From positions 364,049-428,048 of the forward strand of contig MFJV01000001.1 in NCBI GenBank assembly GCA_001780985.1: a stretch of DNA of 64,000 bases, in the 5' to 3' direction. Position 1 is the stretch's first letter; each line of letters opens with the position of its first letter. The notes beneath the pieces are model-generated. The model saw only the letters and a program-made list of their open reading frames with translations, did no database searches and had not been told where the DNA came from. Made by a program: the position numbers and the translations under genes. Source of the stretch: Candidatus Gottesmanbacteria bacterium RIFCSPLOWO2_01_FULL_43_11b (lineage in GTDB: Bacteria; Patescibacteriota; Microgenomatia; UBA10105; UBA927). Shown one piece after another: positions 21,987 to 32,798 of this stretch.

Positions 21987-23282
21987 TCATTGTAGCATAA
22001 TCATAGCCTGTTTGAGGTTGCGAACAGACTTGGGTGAAACGACTGTAGTAAAACCTAAACGCTTCGCTTCTTTCGATCGCTGATCTCCTGCTATGGCGCC
22101 CCGTACTTCTCCTAAAAGCCCTAACTCCCCAAAAGCAACGACTTTCGGGTTGAGGGGTAGATTTTTGAATGATGAAAGAATGGCTATAGCTACCGCTAAA
22201 TCTGCAGCCGGTTCACTAATGTGCAACCCGCCGCTTACGTTAACAAATACGTCAAATGTTCCCAGCGGAATATTGAGGCGCTTTTGCAAAATAGCAACAA
22301 GAAGCTGTAAGCGATTATAATCAACGCCATTTCCTATCCGACGAGGGACTGCTAACTGACTTGGAACAACTAATGCCTGAATCTCTACTAGCATTGGCCT
22401 TGTCCCTTCCATAAGAACCGTGACAACGGATCCAGGAACATTTTTTACTCGATCTTGCAAAAATAGCGCACTGGGGTTGGTTACTTCCTTGAGTCCTTGT
22501 TCTATCATCTCAAAAATGCCAACTTCTTCGATGGGGCCGAAGCGATTTTTAAGAGTTCGGAGAATTCTGGCGTTGGCATACCGTTCTCCCTCGAGATAAA
22601 GTACAGTGTCTACCATGTGCTCAAGTACTTTAGGACCCGCAATTGCACCTTCTTTTGTCACGTGGCCGATGATAATAATAGGAATCCCTTGGGATTTTCC
22701 AAACGATATGAGAATCTCTGTACTATGGCGGATTTGCCCGACAGAACCAGACAAACCTTCAAGATCGCTCGAGGATAACGTTTGAATGGAGTCTATGATA
22801 ACCAATTTTTCGACTATACTGCCAACAATAGATTCTACATTCGTTTCAGAGAGCACCACAATATTTTTTCCTTCAATTCCTAATCGCTTTGCCCGGAGCT
22901 TAATCTGTTCTGCTGATTCTTCTCCTGAAACATAAAGTCCGCCGATTTTTGCTAAAACATGAAGGAGAAGCGTTGATTTCCCAATTCCGGGGTCACCAGC
23001 AAGAAGGGTAACCGAGCCCTGCACAATCCCCCCACCCATCACCCGATCAAATTCGTCAAATCCACTCTTCAACCTATTTTTCTCAATATGTTTGACTTCT
23101 GATAATTTTTGCAGCTTAAAGTTTTGCTTGCCCGCCGAAGCTTTAGCGAAGGAGGGAGTTCTTGGTTCTTCTTTTACTGTCTCAACGAGTGAATTCCACT
23201 CTCCGCAATTTGGGCACTTCCCATACCACTGCGGCGTTTCATAGCCACATTGCTGACATACATATGAAGACCGAAGTTTCAT
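21987..23282 (-). CDS. radA: DNA repair protein RadA/Sms
   Basis: N-terminal C4 zinc finger (CQQCGYETPQWYGKCPNCGEW), RecA-like Walker A GDPGIGKST, C-terminal Lon-like domain. Confidence 0.95.
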   Translation of the reverse strand: MKLRSSYVCQQCGYETPQWYGKCPNCGEWNSLVETVKEEPRTPSFAKASAGKQNFKLQKLSEVKHIEKNRLKSGFDEFDRVMGGGIVQGSVTLLAGDPGIGKSTLLLHVLAKIGGLYVSGEESAEQIKLRAKRLGIEGKNIVVLSETNVESIVGSIVEKLVIIDSIQTLSSSDLEGLSGSVGQIRHSTEILISFGKSQGIPIIIIGHVTKEGAIAGPKVLEHMVDTVLYLEGERYANARILRTLKNRFGPIEEVGIFEMIEQGLKEVTNPSALFLQDRVKNVPGSVVTVLMEGTRPMLVEIQALVVPSQLAVPRRIGNGVDYNRLQLLVAILQKRLNIPLGTFDVFVNVSGGLHISEPAADLAVAIAILSSFKNLPLNPKVVAFGELGLLGEVRGAIAGDQRSKEAKRLGFTTVVSPKSVRNLKQAMIMLQ

Positions 23283-23315
23283 TGGAGCTATTCTACACCA
23301 ACAAAGAAAAATGTG

Positions 23316-24440
23316 TTATCGGTAGCCGATTGGCTTTTCTTTAAGTGCCATAGAGAGGCTGATTTTACGCTCGACGGGTTTAATTTCCTCGACAATACAG
23401 TCTATAACTTTCCCTACTTTTGGCTCTTCGCCGGGAGCGACTTTCGAAATATGAATAAGCCCTTCAATGCCCGGGGAAAGTGTGACAAAAATCCCATACG
23501 GAGAAACCCGTGAGACTGTCCCTTTGACCTCACCATCCTTTTCAAACATATCGGTCACATGCTCCCACGGATCCGGCAAAAGTTGCTTTAGGGAAAGGGT
23601 GAGTTTTCCGCTCATTTCATCAACGCCAATGATTTTTACTTTGAGACTATCCCCTACTTTAAGATATTGCCCTGGGTCGTCTACTTTTTCCCATGCTATC
23701 TCAGAAATGTGAATGAGCCCCTCAACATCGTGTTTTTTATCATCTTTGGTTACAGTAAATTTAGCAAATGCACCAAATGGGACAACACCTGTAATCGTTG
23801 CTTCAACTGCTTCCCCGACTTTTATAAGATCGATGAGCTCCTTTTGCCTCGAAAGTGCGGCTTCCTCACTCATTGCCCGCTGTGAAAATACAAGCCTATT
23901 CGTCTCTTTTTCAACTTCGACGACTTTAACCTGTATTCGGCGGCCGCTTGTTTTATCGAGCTGTTTTGAAAATGCACCGTCAAGTTGAGATTGCGGAATA
24001 TATCCGCGCAGTCCGCCGTAGTCAACCAAAAGGCCTCCCCGAACGGGGTCTTTAACAATAACTTCAACCGGCACTCCGCTCTTTTGTTTCGCAACAAGAT
24101 CTTTCCAGGATTTTTCAAAAATACTTCGTCGAAGCGACAACACTGACTGTCCACGGTCGTTTTCTGCAACAATTACCTGTGCGGCAACATGGTCACCGAT
24201 TTTCAGTGCCATGAGGGTATCTTTGTAATTTTCGAGCTCCCGATCGATGACAACTCCCTCTGTTTTACCCCCGATATCGACGGTTATTTCCTTGGGAGAA
24301 ACGCGGGTAATAGTTCCTTCAACCAGATCCCCTTTCTTGACGCCTTTGAGGTTGTATCCAGTTGCGGCCAGGAGTTCGTCCATGGTTTGGACGTTTTTTA
24401 TTGTGGACTTAGGAGAAGATTTTGACTTTGCTTTCGCCAT
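23316..24440 (-). CDS. S1 RNA-binding domain protein (ribosomal protein S1-like, four S1 repeats)
   Basis: Repeated S1 OB-fold signatures (G..V.G.V..V...G.FV....G..GL.HISE). Confidence 0.8.
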   Translation of the reverse strand: MAKAKSKSSPKSTIKNVQTMDELLAATGYNLKGVKKGDLVEGTITRVSPKEITVDIGGKTEGVVIDRELENYKDTLMALKIGDHVAAQVIVAENDRGQSVLSLRRSIFEKSWKDLVAKQKSGVPVEVIVKDPVRGGLLVDYGGLRGYIPQSQLDGAFSKQLDKTSGRRIQVKVVEVEKETNRLVFSQRAMSEEAALSRQKELIDLIKVGEAVEATITGVVPFGAFAKFTVTKDDKKHDVEGLIHISEIAWEKVDDPGQYLKVGDSLKVKIIGVDEMSGKLTLSLKQLLPDPWEHVTDMFEKDGEVKGTVSRVSPYGIFVTLSPGIEGLIHISKVAPGEEPKVGKVIDCIVEEIKPVERKISLSMALKEKPIGYR

Positions 24441-24525
24441 TCATTATTACCGCCTTTCGTAAGAATGGTTTATTATATTCGATTTCTTGCTTTTGTTCAA
24501 CGAGCCGTAGTACCATAGCCCTGTT

Positions 24526-25344
24526 ATGGAACCGGATTTGAGGCTAGTTCCCCTTAATGCAATAGAAAGACAAGAAGAAGGAGATAAAGAGCGAATTGAA
24601 CGATTGGTCAAAGGAATGACTTCAACAGGCGTTATCCACGACCCCCCGATTGTAGCTGCGGGCTTAAACGGAAAAAAACTCATTCAACTCGATGGTGTCA
24701 CCCGACTTTCCTCTCTCCCTCGTTTGGGATGCAGTCACGTAGTCGTTCAATATGTCGACTACAATGATTCCTCGCAAGTGCTTATAAAAAGTTGGGTGCA
24801 TGTATCAAAAGTCAATCCTACGGAATTTGTCCGGCGCATCAAATCAATGAAAGGGGTTAAAACCGAAAATTTTCAGCTAGGGCTCGGGCTCACTCTCACC
24901 GGTCATCCGTTGGCCGCAGTAACAATAATTTTCCGAAATGGTAAGGGATTATCAGTTATCGGGAGTAGTAATCTTATCGCCAAGGTTCGTTTGATGAAAC
25001 GGGTGGTAGATCTTTATGCCACTCTCATTGCGCGTGACCGCGAGGTTTCAATCGAAGGCATGACAGAACTCAAACAATTTTTCCAAAAACATCCGGAAAA
25101 AAATGTTGCCCTCTTTTTCCCTTCATTTGCCAGTCACGAAATTTATGCACTTATGAAAAAAAGTATTACACTTCCTCAGGGAGTTACGCGGCATATAGTC
25201 AATGGCCGCGTTCTTAACATTGATTACCCTATTAAAATGCTCCATAAAGACACACCAAATACCGAAAAGAGAAAATACTTTGAGAATTTTTTAAAAAATC
25301 TTCAGCTTCGCTTCTACGAGGAGTCAACGTTCGTCGTGGAGTAA
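24526..25344 (+). CDS. Hypothetical protein with ParB/Srx-like N-terminal domain
   Basis: LVPLNAI...PPIVAAG...LDGVTRLSSL resembles the ParB-like nuclease fold; the remainder is unassigned. Confidence 0.45.
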   Translation: MEPDLRLVPLNAIERQEEGDKERIERLVKGMTSTGVIHDPPIVAAGLNGKKLIQLDGVTRLSSLPRLGCSHVVVQYVDYNDSSQVLIKSWVHVSKVNPTEFVRRIKSMKGVKTENFQLGLGLTLTGHPLAAVTIIFRNGKGLSVIGSSNLIAKVRLMKRVVDLYATLIARDREVSIEGMTELKQFFQKHPEKNVALFFPSFASHEIYALMKKSITLPQGVTRHIVNGRVLNIDYPIKMLHKDTPNTEKRKYFENFLKNLQLRFYEESTFVVE

Positions 25345-25701
25345 TGCTACTGCTTTTGTTTTATGAATAGTCCCGTCGGGATGGTGCGCCGGAGCATAAA
25401 TCGTGTAGAGTTTCAGCGGAAGTGTGCCTGAAGTATTGATTACATTGTGTTGGGTTCCGGCAGGAACGATTGCGACATCTCCATCTTTCACCATATGTTC
25501 CTCCCCGGCAATTATGACTTTCCCCACACCTTCCTCAAATCGGAAAAATTGATCATTGTCAGGGTGCACTTCCATCCCGATCTCTTCTCCAGGCTGCAAA
25601 GTCATAAGAACAAGCTGCATGTGGGAGGCGGTAAAAAGCACCTGGCGAAAATAGGTATTTTGTGTGGTCAACTCCTCAATATTCCCAACATATCCGGTCA
25701 T
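25324..25701 (-). CDS. Cupin-domain protein
   Basis: Cupin motifs G(X)5HXH...: LQPGEEIGMEVHPDNDQFF...GDVAIVPAGTQHNV. Confidence 0.8.
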   Translation of the reverse strand: MTGYVGNIEELTTQNTYFRQVLFTASHMQLVLMTLQPGEEIGMEVHPDNDQFFRFEEGVGKVIIAGEEHMVKDGDVAIVPAGTQHNVINTSGTLPLKLYTIYAPAHHPDGTIHKTKAVALLHDER

Positions 25702-25729
25702 ACATACTATTATAAACCTTTAAATCAAC

Positions 25730-26704
25730 TTGACTCAGTTAAACCCTAAGAGTACCATTCGGCTAATTATGTTTACAAAAATGCTTCTTCTTAATTTTGA
25801 AGAAGGCAATTTTAAACCCCAATATTGGCACCGAATTGATAAAATTACGAAGCAAAAAGTGCTTCTCAAAGCCGACTCCCCTGACGTTAAAAAACACCTC
25901 AAAGATACCGACTGTTTGCTCCTTAAACTTGGCATGGGTGCGGATAAATCGCTTATCGATAGTATGCCAAAACTCAAATATATCGGCATGTACGGAACTG
26001 GTTTTGGACGTATTGATATGGCGTATGCTAATAAGAAAAGAATTATAGTATGCAATATTGCAGGATACGCGACAGAGGGTGTTGCTGAATTCGTATTTGG
26101 AGCCCTCCTTGAATACCTTCGAGAAATTTCCCGAGCCAAAACGCAAGCGGCTGGCGGTAGTTACTCAGAAGCAAGCTATACTGGCACGGAAATTAGCGAA
26201 AAAACGTTCGGAGTAATCGGATTAGGGCGAATCGGAAGTCGTGTCGCCGAACTTGCTTCAAAAGGATTTGACGCCGATGTTGTGTATTGGTCACACACAA
26301 AGAAAAATGCAGGAATCAAGTATATGGATATAGAAAAACTTTTAAAAACAGCTGATATTATTTCACTGCACATGTCATTTAATCCCCAAACTCAGGGATT
26401 TCTCAACGCGAAACGAATTGCGATGATTAAACCCGGAGCAATTGTTATTAACACAGCGCCAATGGAATTAGTCGACATCATTGCGCTTGAAAAACGACTA
26501 AAGAAAAACGATCTGACTTTCATTTTAGATCACTCCGACGAACTGAATTCCGCAGATGTGAAGCGATTGGCTAAGTACAAAAACTGCATTATGTATCCGC
26601 CGATTGGCTACACAACAAAAGAAGCAACGGACAGAAAACAGGAAATTTTTGTCGCCAACCTTGAAAATTTCCTCAAAGGCAAATCTACAAATAAAGTGAA
26701 TTGA
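25730..26704 (+). CDS. D-isomer-specific 2-hydroxyacid dehydrogenase (glycerate/phosphoglycerate dehydrogenase family)
   Basis: NAD-binding GVIGLGRIGSRVAELAS, catalytic R/E/H-containing C-terminal region. Confidence 0.85.
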   Translation: MTQLNPKSTIRLIMFTKMLLLNFEEGNFKPQYWHRIDKITKQKVLLKADSPDVKKHLKDTDCLLLKLGMGADKSLIDSMPKLKYIGMYGTGFGRIDMAYANKKRIIVCNIAGYATEGVAEFVFGALLEYLREISRAKTQAAGGSYSEASYTGTEISEKTFGVIGLGRIGSRVAELASKGFDADVVYWSHTKKNAGIKYMDIEKLLKTADIISLHMSFNPQTQGFLNAKRIAMIKPGAIVINTAPMELVDIIALEKRLKKNDLTFILDHSDELNSADVKRLAKYKNCIMYPPIGYTTKEATDRKQEIFVANLENFLKGKSTNKVN

Positions 26705-26724
26705 TTTTCCCAACTCAGACGTCG

Positions 26725-27246
26725 TCACAGCGAAGGTTGTAGTGGATATGTAACTCCCTCATAGGTAAACTGGACGGGTTCCACCTTTTCAAAGTAGATA
26801 AATGGCACTTCATAAAAACGGATTTCTCCACCTATTTGCCTGCGGCGTGCTTCTTCCCGCATAAGACGATGTATTTTACTACCTCCATGTTGATTTTCGA
26901 GATATTCATCTGGCAAGTCATCAACACCTACTGTCAACGTAGTTGCGTATTCATCGCAATCAAAATATCGCGTTTTCCCAACACCTTGAATTAACGCTTC
27001 TGGTATTTGAAATGTGAGAACGAATAATGCCGGTGGACCGTCATGCAAGCTCCACTGCCCTCCTGCGCGACACCATTTTATAAAAGCTTCTGCCACATTC
27101 TTGTCTGGTGTTAAATTTGATCCACCACTGTATCCATCCGGTGGGTGAAGATGTTGCACGCCAAATAACCTACCCGTGGCCCGTGCCATTTCAAATCCAA
27201 TCTGATCTGTAGAGTGATAGAGCGTTATCAAGCCTTCTTTTCCCAT
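26725..27246 (-). CDS. Hypothetical protein (173 aa)
   Basis: Clean ORF with no recognised motif; sits just beyond the 5S terminators. Confidence 0.5.
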   Translation of the reverse strand: MGKEGLITLYHSTDQIGFEMARATGRLFGVQHLHPPDGYSGGSNLTPDKNVAEAFIKWCRAGGQWSLHDGPPALFVLTFQIPEALIQGVGKTRYFDCDEYATTLTVGVDDLPDEYLENQHGGSKIHRLMREEARRRQIGGEIRFYEVPFIYFEKVEPVQFTYEGVTYPLQPSL

Positions 27247-27271
27247 AAACAGCCGTATATTATACTACAGC

Positions 27272-27335
27272 AACAAAAAATCCCGCTTTTTAAGCGAGAT
27301 GATGAAAAATACTGGATTCCCGCCTTCGCGGGAAT
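27272..27335 (-). terminator. Two tandem intrinsic terminators downstream of 5S rRNA (minus strand)
   Basis: Hairpin ATTCCCGC-CTTC-GCGGGAAT (27316-27335) then U-run; hairpin ATCCCGC/GCGAGAT (27280-27300) then T6-7. Confidence 0.5.
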
Positions 27336-27367
27336 GACAAAAACGCTTTTATCCTTGAGTCCCCCGG

Positions 27368-27486
27368 CCTCGACCTATCTTCCCGGATCCTTGCGGAACA
27401 GGTATTGTTGGCGCTGACGTGTTTCACTTCCCAGTTCGGAATGGAATAGGGTGGTTCCACGTCGCTCAAGAGACCGAAAGGCTCAA
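27368..27486 (-). rRNA. 5S rRNA (boundaries approximate)
   Basis: Reverse complement matches conserved 5S core CCGAACUGGGAAGUGAAACACGUCAGCGCCAACAAUACCUG; helix I pairing not cleanly resolved. Confidence 0.7.
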
Positions 27487-27842
27487 AAATAAAATAGTAA
27501 ACGAGTAGTTGTGCACAAGGGAGAATCCAATAGAAATCCTTTTTCTGACTCTTTGTTCTCCGCAACTTTGACCGATTAGTACGAGTAAGCTAAATACCTT
27601 ACGGTACGTACACTCCTCGCCTATCAAACCAGTAATCTACTGGTGGTCTAAAAGATTCCTCATCTTGGGGTGGGCTTGGCGCTTGAGATGCTTTCAGCGC
27701 TTATCCCGACCGGATATAGCTACCCTGCGATGCTAGCCCAAGGGCTAACAACAGGCACACCAGGGATCCGTCCCTCCTGGTCCTCTCGTACTGAGGAGAG
27801 CTCCCCTCAAGAATCAAAACGCTCGCACTGGATAGAGACCGA

Positions 27843-28151
27843 CAATTTGTTACAAAGTTCTTGCTGGCTCCAATTCTTATTGGAACAGCTTAGAAATTTG
27901 GATACCCTTTATGGGTATAGTCTGCATGTCGCCATGCAGTTCGGACTATATCTTCCCCCTCTTTTTCCGTAAAAAGAGCGGGGTCTGACATATAGTCTCT
28001 GAGGGTTTCCGTCATTTGACGGATCTTCCCTGCTGATTATCTGCACCTAAAGATTATTACTTAAAAAGTACTTTAGGATACTCAGAGTTTCCAGCATATA
28101 GTCAGATTTATAGACAGCTCTTTATATAGTAATGTCAACTACTATAGGTCT
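27843..28151 (-). mobile_element. Group I intron in 23S domain V, inserted between GAGACAGU and UCGGUC (classic homing-site region around E. coli 2585-2593)
   Basis: Exon sequence resumes exactly across the insertion. The intron contains an S element (GAAGAUAUAGUCCGAAC) and an R element (CCUCAGAGACUAUA) able to form P7. Confidence 0.7.
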
Positions 28152-28251
28152 ACTGTCTTACGACGTTCTGAACCCAGCTCGCGTACCCTTTTAACCGGCG
28201 AACAGCCGGACCCTTGGGACCTTCTCCAGCCCCAGGATAGGATGAGCCGAC

Positions 28252-28502
28252 CATGTTTACCCACTGTTACCAGTGGCATAGACTATACCATCACCCCGAT
28301 TAAATCGGGGGCTCAGCAATATGATATCAATTGATATCTCATCCGTCAGATGACGGAATCAGTCGTTACGGGGTCACGAAGACTTCCCTCGGTATTGCCC
28401 TTTGACCGGGTTCAATGGTCAAGTCGGGTTTCACCGATATGAGCTGAATTATTCAATAAGAGATTACTCTCTTAGGCGACATTCCCGGTAAATACCGGGA
28501 TT
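28252..28502 (-). mobile_element. Group I intron in 23S peptidyl-transferase region, inserted between CUCGAU and GUCGGCUC (about E. coli U2504/G2505)
   Basis: Exon continuity GGCACCUCGAU | GUCGGCUCAUCC; intron carries GGUAUAGUC and ACGACUGA variants of the S/R elements. Confidence 0.65.
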
Positions 28503-28549
28503 ATCGAGGTGCCAAACCGCCTCGTCGATATGGACTCTCGGAAGCGATC

Positions 28550-28582
<33 letters not shown>

Positions 28583-28908
28583 AAGCCCGGTCCCTCCCAT
28601 GAGGGATCCGAGGATCACTAACACCCACTTTCGTGTCTGTTCGACTTGTAAGTCTCACAGTCAAGCTGGCTTATCGCGTTTGCACGACACGCCTCGATTT
28701 CCATCCGAGGTTAGCCAACCTTTGTACGCCTCCGTTACATTTTTGGAGGCAACCTCCCCAGTTAAACTGCCCACCAGACAGTGTTCTCCTCCGATATTTT
28801 TATGTCGGAGTAAGTAAGATTTCCCCATTTCGAAGAGTGGTATTCCATGTTTCGTCCGAAGACTCCCACCTATGCTCGACAGTCAAAATAAGGTCCTCAG
28901 TGCCAAGT

Positions 28909-28939
<31 letters not shown>

Positions 28940-29049
28940 AAGTGTGAGTAGGCCGCATCTTCACAGCCATTTCAATTTCGCCGGGTAGCAGTTCAAGACA
29001 GTCACTAAGTCATTCTACCTTTCGTGCGGGTCGGAACTTGCCCGACACA

Positions 29050-29314
29050 ATGTGTTACCCCTGATTGTGATCAGAGTGCCTTTCTAGTTCCAGTCAAGGC
29101 TCTCCGTATCGCTACGGAGTTCAGACTATATCATCATCCCAATACTATTGGGAGTTTGGCGTCTAGTCGTTGAGGGGTCCGTCAGCCGACGGACTTCCCT
29201 GCTGATTGACTCCACCGAACAGATTATTACGTTATCGTACTGTCGGATACTTAAGTTATTCCAGCATATAGCCAAATATTCAATCCACTTTACAGTGGAA
29301 GGTCCCCTGTCGCG
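29050..29314 (-). mobile_element. Group I intron in 23S domain IV, inserted between AAAUUCCU and UGUCGGG (about E. coli 1943/1944)
   Basis: Exon continuity GGUAGCGAAAUUCCU | UGUCGGGCAAGUUCCGACC; shares R/S elements and the motif AAUAUUUGGCUAUAUGCUGGAA with the neighbouring intron. Confidence 0.65.
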
Positions 29315-29340
29315 AGGAATTTCGCTACCATAGAACAGTT

Positions 29341-29768
29341 CACTTTGTTATACACCGATTGGTTACGGCTCTCATGGTCGCCCATGAGGTCGGACTATAT
29401 CATTCCGCCGGTTGGCGGATTTGGCGTATAGTCTCTGAGGATAAAACTATGAATTTATGTTAAATCTACTTGAGGCTCCGCTTCTACTTTTTCTTCAATT
29501 GGAGTTTCCCATGTTTTTTTAGGAAATAAACGTTGTTTTATTGCGTTTACAACATCTTTAAATCCAAATTGGCTTTTCGGCCATGAATCCGGATCTCCTA
29601 AATTTAATGGTTCGTCCTCAAGTCTAATGTTCATAGTAGTCTTTCCTGCTGATTTTCCGCAGTTGGCGCATTTTTACCACTTTTTGAGTGGTAGCGCAAC
29701 ATTCTATCCTTTTTCAGGACGGATCTTCCAGCATATAGCCAAATTTTACAACTACAAAACTGTATTTT
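29341..29768 (-). mobile_element. Group I intron in the 23S helix 69 loop (L1917-type site: GUAACUAU | AACUGUUC)
   Basis: Exon continuity across the H69 loop; S/R P7 elements present (GAUAUAGUCCGACC / CCUCAGAGACUAUACG); contains a 59-aa ORF. Confidence 0.7.
29455..29634 (-). CDS. Small intron-encoded ORF (59 aa, MNIRLEDEPLNLGDPDSWPKSQFGFKDVVNAIKQRLFPKK...), possibly a remnant homing-endonuclease/maturase gene
   Basis: Wholly inside the L1917 intron. Its ATG overlaps (ATGA) the stop of the track ORF 29631..29834, which runs into exon sequence. No known nuclease motif recognised. Confidence 0.25.
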   Translation of the reverse strand: MNIRLEDEPLNLGDPDSWPKSQFGFKDVVNAIKQRLFPKKTWETPIEEKVEAEPQVDLT

Positions 29769-31210
29769 ATAGTTACTGCTGCCGTTCACCGGAGCTTGCG
29801 TAGTTAGCTTTCTCATCTTTCGAAGAGTGACCAACCACGATTAACTTACCGGCACTGGGCAGGTGTCAGCCCCTATACGTTGCGTTTCCGCTTCGCAGAG
29901 ACCTGTGTTTTAGTTAAACAGTTGCTTAGTGTCGTTTACTGTGACCCCGCCAAAGGCGGGGTAGGGCATCTCCCAAAGGTTACGCCCAGTTTATGTTGCC
30001 GAGTTCCTTGAACTACTGTCGCCCGCTTGCCTTGGTATACTCTACCAGCGCACCTGTGTCGGTTTGCGGTACGGACATAAATGTATTCCTCAACGAGATT
30101 TTTCCTGAAAGCAGAACTATCTGTATTGCCCGCATCTTGCGACTTGGACTCTCATTCGCTTTTTAGTTAAACGTAATAACGGATTTACCAGTTATCACTA
30201 CGTCAAAGCTTAGAGGCCTCACGACCCACAGACACATCCTCCCCTGTCATCCCTTTGAGTCTTAATCAATACACTTACGGTAACGGAATATAAACCGTTT
30301 ATACATCGGGGTATAGCATACGCGTCCCCCTTAGATCCGACTTACCCGAAGTCGACGAACGTTGCTTCGGAAACCTTGCGCATTCGGCATGAAGGATTCT
30401 CACCTTCAAACGCTACTCATACCGGCATTCTCACTTCATATCGCTCCAGTTAGCCTTACGGCCTGACCTTCACCGCAATATGAACGCTCCCCTACCACGT
30501 GCCTTACGGCACATCTCTACCTTCGGCCCTCTGCTTGAGCCTCGATCATTTTCGGCGCCACGGCTTTCATCCAGTGAGCTGTTACGCTTTCTTTAAAAGA
30601 TGGCTGCTTCTAAGCCAACTTCCTGGGTGTCTAAAAACCATGACTTCCTTAACCACTGAGCAGAGAGTTAGAGGCCTTAGATAAGAGTCAGGACTGTTTT
30701 CCTTTCGACACACGAGCTTAGCCCCGCATGTCTGACTGCCCGAGTATGTTCATCTGTATTCGGAGTTTGATTGTGACATCTCGCTTACGCTTGATGCCGC
30801 ATTCAGTGCTCTACCACAGTAAACAATTTAACGGGCGCTATACCTAAATATATTTCGGGGAGAACCAGCTATCTCCAGGTTCGATAGGCATATTACCCCT
30901 ACCCACAAGTCATCTCACAGATTTGTAACTCTGACGAGTTCGGGCCTCCTCCCGATCTTCATCGGGGTTCACCCTGCTCATGGGTAGCTCACCTGGTTTC
31001 GGGTCTGTCCGAACGTACTAATCGCTTCTATAAAAGCTCGCTTTCACTACGCCTGCTCCGTTAGCTAACGGATTAAGCTTGCACGTCCGGGCAACTCACC
31101 GGTTCATTCTTCAATAGGCACGCGATTATGACAAAAATCTTACGATTTTCACCACTCTCGCTGTTTGTTAGCCGACAATTTCAGGTACTTTTCATTCCCC
31201 TTCCGGGGTG

Positions 31211-31249
<39 letters not shown>

Positions 31250-31455
31250 GCATTCGTGTATTTAGCCTTGGAGGATGGTTCCCCCAGATTCCCACAGGAC
31301 CTTGATGTCCCATGGTACTTAGGTATCCCGCAGAGGGGACTTGAATTTCGAATACGAGGCTTTCACTCTCTTTGGCTACCTATTCCAAGGTATTCTTCTA
31401 TTCTCATCCCATCCCTTATGCGGGACCCTACAACACCCTTGCGGGTTTAGGCTGC

Positions 31456-31486
<31 letters not shown>

Positions 31487-31935
31487 TCAATTGTATTTTT
31501 TTTCCTCACCCTACTGAGATGTTTCAGTTCAGGTGGTGCCCAGTAATATTGCTATTTCAACCTTGCGGCTGACTTTACAACATACTTTCCCTTGCGGGAT
31601 GGATTGCTCCATTCGGAAACCGTCGGATCGCGGGATTATGGCTCCTCCCCGACGACTATCGTGGTCATATACGTCCTTCCTCGGCACGAACGCCCAAGGC
31701 ATTCATTATCGGCTTTATAGCGTTGCGAGGAACAAAGAGTTCCCCAGCTATTTAATATAAATATTATTAAATATAAAAATATTAAGCTGCAAAAAGGATC
31801 CACATATGGATTCCCCCTTGCGGCACAACTACTCTATGTACAGTATTTTGGAATTTCACCTCACCTGTACAGTCGTTAACTTGTTAAAGTGCTAGCCTGC
31901 CCGCTAGCGCCTGAGCGCAAGCGATGGCCGGCGGG

Positions 31936-32008
31936 TGGACCTGACCGGATTCGAACCGGTGACCTCAGCATTGCAAATGCTGCGCTCTACCAGCTAAGCT
32001 ACAGGCCC
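31936..32008 (-). tRNA. tRNA-Ala (anticodon UGC), first gene of the tRNA-23S-5S operon
   Basis: Reverse complement GGGCCTGTAGCTTAGCTGGTAGAGCGCAGCATTTGCAATGCTGAGGTCACCGGTTCGAATCCGGTCAGGTCCA; G3:U70; anticodon loop TTTGCAA. Confidence 0.85.
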
Positions 32009-32065
32009 TTTAGCCCTGCCTAGCGTTCAACCAGTCCGCCGGCTGGCGGATTCGGGCCCTATCAT

Positions 32066-32090
32066 TAAAAAACCCCGCTTTTGTGCGGGG
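32066..32090 (-). terminator. Intrinsic terminator of the upstream hypothetical/pgk/gap transcription unit (minus strand)
   Basis: Hairpin CCCCGC-TTTTGT-GCGGGG followed by U6 on the minus strand. Confidence 0.5.
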
Positions 32091-32252
32091 CTAGTAGCCT
32101 CAGAAGGAACAAGTTACACACGCAAACGTCGCCGAATTGGTTTAGGTTGGTATGATTTATTGCTTCTCATGAAGTAAACGCCTCGCATCAAAGGCAAGAA
32201 TGTATTGTAATGGGGCTGACGCACAAAGTCAATACCTCTTTGAGGCTCATAA

Positions 32253-32792
32253 TCACTTTGAACTCCCTACCATTACCGCATTTGGTGGAAGTTCAAATTT
32301 GCTATCAAAAAATGTCTGTTTCGGTAAAACTTCTTCGCCTAACTTCTTTACCAGGAATTGGTATGTTTTCGGCATTTTGTCCTGTGTTATAAGGTCATTT
32401 TGAAATTTAGTTTTATCAAAAATTTTTAGTGAATCGGCCTGCCATACCTGAACATCTCCATGTCCACTCACTTTCTTTACGTTTCCTTGCATTTGTTGTG
32501 CCAACTGTTGCAAAGCTTCAATCGATTTATAATCACCAAGTAACCCCTTAATAAAGATAAATCCTGGTTCACCGAAACCAAATTTCCCCGCCTTTCCTTC
32601 ATAAGGAACGGATACAGCCACAACTCTTTGTAGCATTGCGGGCTCTTGGAAAAACCTTTTTAAAGCTGGTTCGGTTGAATCAATGCCGGGTGGAGGGGTA
32701 GGAATTTTCTTGAATCGCCTGTATGTTTTTAGTGAATCAAACCACGTTGGTTGATTCGATTTCGGAAACAGTTCTTGTGGAGCAAACAGCAT
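32253..32792 (-). CDS. Hypothetical protein (179 aa)
   Basis: Clean ORF between pgk and the rRNA operon; occupies the position where tpi is often found but is not TIM-like. Confidence 0.5.
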   Translation of the reverse strand: MLFAPQELFPKSNQPTWFDSLKTYRRFKKIPTPPPGIDSTEPALKRFFQEPAMLQRVVAVSVPYEGKAGKFGFGEPGFIFIKGLLGDYKSIEALQQLAQQMQGNVKKVSGHGDVQVWQADSLKIFDKTKFQNDLITQDKMPKTYQFLVKKLGEEVLPKQTFFDSKFELPPNAVMVGSSK

Positions 32793-32798
32793 ATGTGT

